32,000 nucleotides of DNA from an uncultured Oscillatoriaceae bacterium (GTDB lineage: Bacteria > Cyanobacteriota > Cyanobacteriia > Cyanobacteriales > Laspinemataceae). Shown here piece by piece: positions 25,824 to 32,000 of this stretch. Each line of letters opens with the position of its first letter. Positions within the stretch are counted from its first letter, which is position 1. The stretch lies in the NCBI GenBank assembly GCA_965650385.1, contig CBFGOM010000008.1, positions 12,849-44,848 on the forward strand, read 5' to 3'. The translations under genes and the position numbers were made by a program. The notes beneath the pieces were generated by a model. It was not told where the DNA came from and made no database searches. It worked only from the letters and a program-made list of their open reading frames with translations.

Positions 25824-28751
25824 TTACTTCGCTTCCATCCAATTATCTCCCGCATGAATATCCACCATTAACGGAACCGAAAGCGGAACCGCCATTTCCA
25901 TTGTGGACTTAATGTGGGGTTGCAACTCCTCCCATTCATCCCGAGGAATTTCAAACACTAATTCATCATGCACTTGCAGCAATAACCGGGCTTGATACCC
26001 CTTTAAAACCTCATGCATTTTTACCATTGCTACTTTGATGATATCAGCGCTTGATCCTTGAATCGGTGCATTAGCAGCCGCCCGCAAATTCTGAGAATCT
26101 TGCATCCCCATCTTCTTATTCAACTTGTCTAAATCAATCAATTCTGGATTGGTTCCTTTGAGTTGATTAAGACTATCTCCTTGGAATTCAAAATATCGCC
26201 GCCGCCCTAAAATAGTTTCGACATATCCTTGGGCGATCGCCTGCTTTTGCAACCCATTCAAACAGTCAAAAACCTTACCATACCGTTCATAAAACCGCTT
26301 GATAAACAGCTTCCCTTCTTGAGAAGTTTTCCCGATCGCCCGCGCAAATCGGACGGAACCCATCCCATAAATAACTCCAAAATTAATCGTTTTCCCCATC
26401 CGTCTTTCTTCTGCCGTTACCGTTTCCTTTTCAAACAGCAATTGCGCCGTCACCGTATGCACATCTCGGTTATTTTGATAGGCTTCCATCAATACAGGTT
26501 CTTGACTCAAATGCGCCAAAATCCGTAACTCAATTTGGGAATAATCGGCAGATACCAATAACCATCCCTGTTCGGGCAAAAACGCCGATCGAATTTGACG
26601 CGAAAACTCTGTTTTAATGGGAATATTCTGTAAATTTGGATTAGAAGAAGACAATCTTCCCGTTGCGGTTGCCGCTTGATTGAAATTCGTATGCACCCGA
26701 TGAGTATCTTTCCGTACCATCTTAGGAAGTGCATCAACATAGGTTGATTTTAATTTGGCTAAAGTCCGATTTTCAATAATTAAATCCACCAGGGGATGTT
26801 CCCCTTGCAGTCGTTCTAACACTGCCGCATCCGTCGAGTAACCTGTCTTTGTTTTGCGAGATTTACTAATTGGCAAATCTAATTTTTCAAACAAAATATA
26901 ACTCAGTTGTTTAGGAGAGCCTAAATTAAATTCTTCCCCCGCCTCTTGATAGGCTCTTGTTTCTATTTCCTGCAATTGCGCCTCTAATTGCTGGGAGAAA
27001 GTCCCTAAATAGTCGCTATTAATTCTAATTCCAGTATATTCCATCTCTGCTAATACGGGTTCTAAGGGTTGTTCCACCTCTATTAACAGTTGATGCAGTT
27101 GGGATTTATCCGCTAGTTCTGCTTGTAGTTTCCCCACTAGCTGATAAGTCGTAAACACATCCAATCCGCAATACTGAGCCACTTTAGGAATGGCTAAATC
27201 AGCAATGGTTTGGCCTTTTGTCAAGTCTAAATTTTTATAACTTTCTGCGGTAACCTCTAAATATCGACTTGACACATCAGTGAGATTATTTGTTGTTTCG
27301 GGATTAATCAAATAACTCGCCAACAGCGTATCAAAGACTACTCCAGCGAGTTTAATTCCCTGACAACGCAACACGAGGCGGTCAAATTTGGCATTATGAA
27401 AGGCTTTCGGATAATTGCTACTTTCTAAAACAGGACGCAGTGCCTCTAGTACCTGATTTAATGGCAAATTTTGTCCGATTTTATGCCCAATGGGAAGATA
27501 GGCTAAATCCGCCTCACCACTTCCCCAACAACAGCCAATTCCCACTAATTCTGAGTCTCGGGGTTCTAAATCCGTCGTCTCTGTATCCCATGCCACAGGA
27601 TGCGCCGAATCGGTGTAAGTTTTCAGCCGCTTGACTAATTCTTCCAGCTTCTCAGGCGTATCGATAATTGCGGGATTAATCGGCGATGGGGCTACTTCTT
27701 TTACCGCTTCTGTTTCTTCTGCTGTCCAAAAAGAGGTATCATCATCGTGGGATGAAAAAGTAGAGGTGATAGGCTGACTTTCAGGAGTTTCTCTCTCTTC
27801 CGTTTGGACTAAAGATACTCCCCCAAATCGTTGCTGAAGTTGCTTGATTTTAGGGAGAAATGACTTAAATTCCAGTTGTTCTAAATGAGAGATAACGGCA
27901 ACTTCATCAAAGCCGCGTAATTGGCATTGGTCTAATTCTAGTTCTAAGGGGACATCAACGACAATTTGGGCCAAATGTTGGGAGTGATAAGCTTCGTCTT
28001 TACCTTCTTCTAATTTTTTGCGATTCGCGCCTTTAATGTCAGCGATCGCCTCATAAATTTTATCCAAACTGCCATAAGTGGTCAGCAACTTAATCGCCGT
28101 CTTATCCCCAATCCCTTTTACCCCGGGAATATTATCTGAAGCATCGCCGCAAAGGGCTTTATAATCCACCACCAATTCTGGCGGAATTCCCATCTTTTCT
28201 TGCACCTGTTCCGGCCCAAATTCCTGGGATTTTGCCCTCCCCGAACGACCGAAGGCATCACGACCCAAATAGAGCACACTGATTTGTTTTTCAGCATTGA
28301 CAAGCTGAAATAAATCGCGATCGCCCGTTAAAATCTTTACCTGAAAACCCGCCTCACTTGCCCGGGTTGCCAGCGTTCCTAACACATCATCCGCTTCATA
28401 ACCCGGGGCTGTCACAATTTGCAGATTCAGCGCCGTGAGCAATTCTTGTAAATATTTAAGATCCGTAATAAAATCTTCTGGAGTTTCCGCGCGATCGCTC
28501 TTATAAGTATCATCCGCTTCGTGGCGAAACGTCGGCAACCCCAAATCAAAAGCCACTGCCAAATATTGCGGGTCCTGAACCGCCATCACCTCAATCAGCG
28601 ACTTGAGAAACCCAAACGAGACACTCGTCGGAATCCCAGTCGAGGTACTCAAACCCCCATCCCGACTTTTTGCCAACGCATAATAGGACCGAAAGGCCAA
28701 AGAATGACCATCAACCAGGATAAAAGTAGGAGAAGTTGCAGACACGATCAA
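25824..28751 (-). CDS. polA: DNA polymerase I
   Basis: 975 aa. It has a 5'-nuclease N-terminus (LVDGHSLAFRSYYA, GDASDNIPGV), a 3'-5' exo region (VAWDTETT), and polymerase motifs DYSQIELR, RRMGKTINFGVIYG and QVHDELVFE. Confidence 0.95.
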   Translation of the reverse strand: MIVSATSPTFILVDGHSLAFRSYYALAKSRDGGLSTSTGIPTSVSFGFLKSLIEVMAVQDPQYLAVAFDLGLPTFRHEADDTYKSDRAETPEDFITDLKYLQELLTALNLQIVTAPGYEADDVLGTLATRASEAGFQVKILTGDRDLFQLVNAEKQISVLYLGRDAFGRSGRAKSQEFGPEQVQEKMGIPPELVVDYKALCGDASDNIPGVKGIGDKTAIKLLTTYGSLDKIYEAIADIKGANRKKLEEGKDEAYHSQHLAQIVVDVPLELELDQCQLRGFDEVAVISHLEQLEFKSFLPKIKQLQQRFGGVSLVQTEERETPESQPITSTFSSHDDDTSFWTAEETEAVKEVAPSPINPAIIDTPEKLEELVKRLKTYTDSAHPVAWDTETTDLEPRDSELVGIGCCWGSGEADLAYLPIGHKIGQNLPLNQVLEALRPVLESSNYPKAFHNAKFDRLVLRCQGIKLAGVVFDTLLASYLINPETTNNLTDVSSRYLEVTAESYKNLDLTKGQTIADLAIPKVAQYCGLDVFTTYQLVGKLQAELADKSQLHQLLIEVEQPLEPVLAEMEYTGIRINSDYLGTFSQQLEAQLQEIETRAYQEAGEEFNLGSPKQLSYILFEKLDLPISKSRKTKTGYSTDAAVLERLQGEHPLVDLIIENRTLAKLKSTYVDALPKMVRKDTHRVHTNFNQAATATGRLSSSNPNLQNIPIKTEFSRQIRSAFLPEQGWLLVSADYSQIELRILAHLSQEPVLMEAYQNNRDVHTVTAQLLFEKETVTAEERRMGKTINFGVIYGMGSVRFARAIGKTSQEGKLFIKRFYERYGKVFDCLNGLQKQAIAQGYVETILGRRRYFEFQGDSLNQLKGTNPELIDLDKLNKKMGMQDSQNLRAAANAPIQGSSADIIKVAMVKMHEVLKGYQARLLLQVHDELVFEIPRDEWEELQPHIKSTMEMAVPLSVPLMVDIHAGDNWMEAK

Positions 28752-28880
28752 TCCGTCCCCGTCAGAAATATACTAAACCATTGTATCGAACTCCAAGCCA
28801 GGGAGACCCCCAGATAGCACCCCTCGTAAGACAAAAGCGATCGCACTCCACTCCCTGAACTTCCCTAAACTCCTCACCCC

Positions 28881-30224
28881 TTACTGAATAATCGTACTGA
28901 CATCCACATCCGTGAGATTAGCCCCATCCAGATTCGCCCAATGTAAATTCGCCTTAGTCAAATCCGCCTCTCGCAAATCCGCCCCGCTTAAATTGGCCCC
29001 GCGCAAATCCGCCCGGGTTAAATCCACCCCCCGCAAATCCGCCTCAACCAAATTGACCTGATTCAAACTGGCCCCCGTTAAATCCGCCTCGCGCAAATCC
29101 GCCCATTTTAAATTCGCCCCGCGCAAATCTGCCCGAGTTAAATCCGCCTCGCGCAAATCCGCTTGAGTCAAATTCACCTTATTTAAACTCGCGCCAATCA
29201 TATCTGCACCCCGCAGATCTGACCCTTTCATATTTGCATCGGCTAAATAGGCTTTTCTGAGATTCGCCCGGGACAAATCCGTTCCCGTCATATCCGCTTC
29301 ACTTAAATTGGCACTACTTAACGTTGCTCCTCGTAAATCCGCCCCACTGAGGTCCACCCCGACCAGATTCACTTCCGATAAAGAGACATTCGGCGCAATC
29401 CAGTAGGCCCCTGCCAAACTCAAATCAATCCCTTCGCTGAGGATGGTTTTTAAATCATAAACCGCCTTTTGTAGGTTCGTCCCTTTAAAGTTGACCCCAG
29501 TGAGATTGGCACCACTCAAGTTCGCCCTAAACAGATTCGCCCCTTCTAAATTTGCCCCGATTAACTTGGCATAGCGCAAATTCGCCCCCCTGAGATCGGC
29601 GCGTTTTAGGTTAAATCCAGTCAAATCCACCCCACTCAGATTTGCTCCAGGCAAGGAAACATCGGACCCAATTAAATAAGCACCGGTTGTCTGGGGGTCG
29701 AGACCCTCACAGAAGCGGGTTCTCAAGTCATAAACGGCCTTTTGCAGGATGGTACCCCGCAGATCGGCTTCACTCAGATCCGTTCCGCTGAGGTTGGCAC
29801 CACTGAGATTCGCTTCCGCCAGCTTGGCCCCAATTAAATTAGCACCCTTGAGATTGGCACCGCGTAGATCCGCCTCACTCAGATCGGTGCCAACTAACAG
29901 TGACCCTTTGAAGTTAGCCCCTGTTAAGTTGCTCTCGCTGAGATTTGCTAAGTTTAAATTGGCATCGCTCAGATCCGCACCACTGAGGTTTGCTCCTTTT
30001 AAATCGGCCCCAATCAAGTCGGCATAACAGAGAATCGCTTCGCTTAAGTTAGCGCCCCTAAGTTTGGCATCTCGCAGATAGGCTCCGCGTAAGGATGCAC
30101 CAATCAAGTCTTTGTTGCTTAAATCCTGGGTCAAAAAGTTCGGGTTTTGGCTTTCCGAGCTTGGGGTAGCTGGATTGGGTAATTCTGGTGGGACGCGAAA
30201 GAAATTTTGGCTATTGTCTTGCAT
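28881..30224 (-). CDS. Pentapeptide-repeat protein
   Basis: 447 aa, almost entirely A(D/N)LxX pentads (ANLSGADLREADLTKANL...). Two homologous linkers of about 30 aa interrupt the repeat. Confidence 0.9.
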   Translation of the reverse strand: MQDNSQNFFRVPPELPNPATPSSESQNPNFLTQDLSNKDLIGASLRGAYLRDAKLRGANLSEAILCYADLIGADLKGANLSGADLSDANLNLANLSESNLTGANFKGSLLVGTDLSEADLRGANLKGANLIGAKLAEANLSGANLSGTDLSEADLRGTILQKAVYDLRTRFCEGLDPQTTGAYLIGSDVSLPGANLSGVDLTGFNLKRADLRGANLRYAKLIGANLEGANLFRANLSGANLTGVNFKGTNLQKAVYDLKTILSEGIDLSLAGAYWIAPNVSLSEVNLVGVDLSGADLRGATLSSANLSEADMTGTDLSRANLRKAYLADANMKGSDLRGADMIGASLNKVNLTQADLREADLTRADLRGANLKWADLREADLTGASLNQVNLVEADLRGVDLTRADLRGANLSGADLREADLTKANLHWANLDGANLTDVDVSTIIQ

Positions 30225-30403
30225 AACTCCCGAAGCTTGGCAACCGATCGCAGTTATCTACCACTGTAAATCAATGGTGCTTGGGTTTTGAACCGTCCCG
30301 GACTGCTGGATCAACCCGGGCGATCGCCCTTTTATGTCATCTATCCAGGTGACACTCTCTGGACGCCTTAAAATTTTGAGAATAACCTATCGCAACAGAT
30401 GGA

Positions 30404-30976
30404 GTGATCACAGTGGCATTAAAACTTTATGGCGGTGCTCGTTCTCGCGCATCAATCGTCCAGTGGTATTTGGAAGAACTGGGGATTCCCTATGAATTTG
30501 TGTTGTTAGATATGCAGTCTGGGGAACACTTACAGCCGGAATACCTGAAGATTAACCCCGTGGGAAAAGTCCCGGCCATTGTAGATGGTGACTTTCAACT
30601 CTGGGAATCCGGGGCAATTTTAGTGTACTTAGCCCAAAAGTACGGCAATGCAGGGAAATCCCCAGAAGAACAAGCCACCCTGAGTCAGTGGGTGATCTTT
30701 GCTAATGCGACATTCGGTCCCGGAATTTTTATTGAATCCAACCGCGATCGCGAATTGGGTCGATTAATGAAGCCCCTGAATCAAATTTTCACCTCCCATC
30801 CGTTTTTATTGGGTGACGAGTTTACCGTTGCCGATGTCGCTGTCGGTTCCATGTTGGCCTACAGCCAAATGATGCTCAAGTTGGATCTAAGCGAATATCC
30901 AGCAGTGCTTGAATATATCAAACGCATCGGCGATCGGCCCGCTTTTCAGAAAACCATCGGTTCCCGTGCTCAGTAG
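30404..30976 (+). CDS. Glutathione S-transferase family protein
   Basis: The N-terminal thioredoxin-like part has INPVGKVPAIVDGDFQLWESGAILVYL (G-site), followed by a helical C-terminal domain. The start is GTG 30404 or GTG 30413. Confidence 0.85.
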   Translation: MITVALKLYGGARSRASIVQWYLEELGIPYEFVLLDMQSGEHLQPEYLKINPVGKVPAIVDGDFQLWESGAILVYLAQKYGNAGKSPEEQATLSQWVIFANATFGPGIFIESNRDRELGRLMKPLNQIFTSHPFLLGDEFTVADVAVGSMLAYSQMMLKLDLSEYPAVLEYIKRIGDRPAFQKTIGSRAQ

Positions 30977-31166
30977 ACTGCTTGCCAAATTCTAAACCGC
31001 CCTTCATAAGGCGGGTTGCCGGGAGCAAATCAATAGTTTGGAAAAGCTCTAGTAAACTTCTTGCTTTCATCCCGAATTGATCCCCCTCCCGTTCCCCTTC
31101 AAAAGGGGGAGGCCAAAAGGCATTGAGAGGGAGGAAGGGGTAGAGGGCAGGCTGTTGTTTAGATCG

Positions 31167-31198
31167 GGAAAGGGGCGCTCAACTGAGCGCCCCTTTCC
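31167..31198. terminator. GC-rich hairpin between the convergent GST and psbK genes
   Basis: GGAAAGGGGCGCTC-AACT-GAGCGCCCCTTTCC forms a perfect 14-bp stem, 38 nt downstream of the psbK stop. There is no clean U-run on the minus strand and TTGTTG on the plus strand. Confidence 0.45.
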
Positions 31199-31235
31199 TT
31201 GTTGATAGCCTTGAAATTGGATGGAAGGCGGTAAT

Positions 31236-31373
31236 TTATCTGAAACCGACCGCTGCTTGCCACACGAAAGCCAGCAACAAGAAAAACACGGGGATAATTG
31301 GCAAAACATCTACCAGGGGATCGAAAATCGAGTAGGCTTCGGGTAGTTTTGCCAGTAATAGTGCTGCTTCCAT
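31236..31373 (-). CDS. psbK: Photosystem II protein K (PsbK), 45 aa precursor
   Basis: The minus-strand translation [45 protein letters not shown] is the conserved PsbK sequence. GAGGGAG lies 8 nt upstream of the ATG. The gene is not in the ORF track. Confidence 0.92.
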   Translation of the reverse strand: MEAALLLAKLPEAYSIFDPLVDVLPIIPVFFLLLAFVWQAAVGFR

Positions 31374-31533
31374 GTTGATATCTCCCTCTCAAACAGAAAT
31401 TTCATAATCGACACAGATTTTAACATAAGGGAGGATGGGGATATCATTTTTCTGCCAGAGCATCGGGACAAAACCCGGGTTTCTTGTCGTGGGGATCTCC
31501 AATGATTCCGAACTCCTCCCCGAAGCCTAGGCC

Positions 31534-31998
<465 letters not shown>

Positions 31999-32000
31999 AA

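Noticed and set aside
25619-25912. 97-aa plus-strand ORF overlapping the polA 3' end
   Set aside because: It overlaps the conserved polA C-terminus in antisense and has no supporting features.
29749-30027. 92-aa antisense ORF in the pentapeptide gene
   Set aside because: It is an artefact of the repeat: the antisense strand of ANLxx codons stays open (LAPLRxASL...).
31070-31150. Pyrimidine-tract/purine-tract region (CCCCCTCCCGTTCCCCTT...GAGAGGGAGGAAGGGGTAGAGGG) as a structured RNA or mobile-element end
   Set aside because: The complementarity is imperfect when aligned base by base, and I found no second copy in the window. It is insufficient to call a repeat or element.
31067-31392. 80-aa and 77-aa minus-strand ORFs
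   Set aside because: They are superseded by the 45-aa psbK reading frame at 31236-31373, and their translations are featureless.

Overview
This is a cyanobacterial chromosomal segment. The octamer GCGATCGC (HIP1) occurs about 64 times by my manual scan, roughly 1 per 500 bp. The photosynthesis genes raf1, petN and psbK are present. I support about 30 protein genes, all assigned by eye from motifs, with no BLAST or HMM run.

Most of the window is housekeeping:
- murQ (5'-partial)
- raf1
- a GT39-type membrane glycosyltransferase
- a Ser/Thr kinase
- a DUF4349 lipoprotein
- a UvrD-family helicase
- DJ-1/PfpI
- a cupin
- DUF167
- an ABC-2 permease
- polA
- a pentapeptide-repeat protein
- GST
- tgt (partial)

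The accessory or unusual content is:
1. An AT-rich type II restriction-modification cassette at 9018-11348. The methyltransferase is divergent from a translationally coupled controller-HTH and PD-(D/E)XK nuclease pair. An 11-bp perfect inverted-repeat operator candidate lies upstream, and the methyltransferase motifs are non-canonical.
2. A solitary C5 cytosine methyltransferase behind an AT-rich ORF-free leader.
3. A Ni/Co ECF transporter cluster (lipoprotein, DUF4198/NikL-like protein, CbiM/NikM, CbiQ ... CbiO). A 6TM K+ channel gene on the opposite strand splits its ATPase gene from the rest.
4. An iron block: two tandem bacterioferritin-like paralogs, the second lacking three di-iron ligands, then an FTR1 permease translationally coupled to a MOSC protein.

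Two short genes absent from the ORF track (petN, psbK) were found by direct translation. I saw no CRISPR array, tRNA/rRNA gene, transposase or recognisable multi-gene novel defence system. The most novel-looking items are gene-arrangement and active-site observations and are marked as inference.
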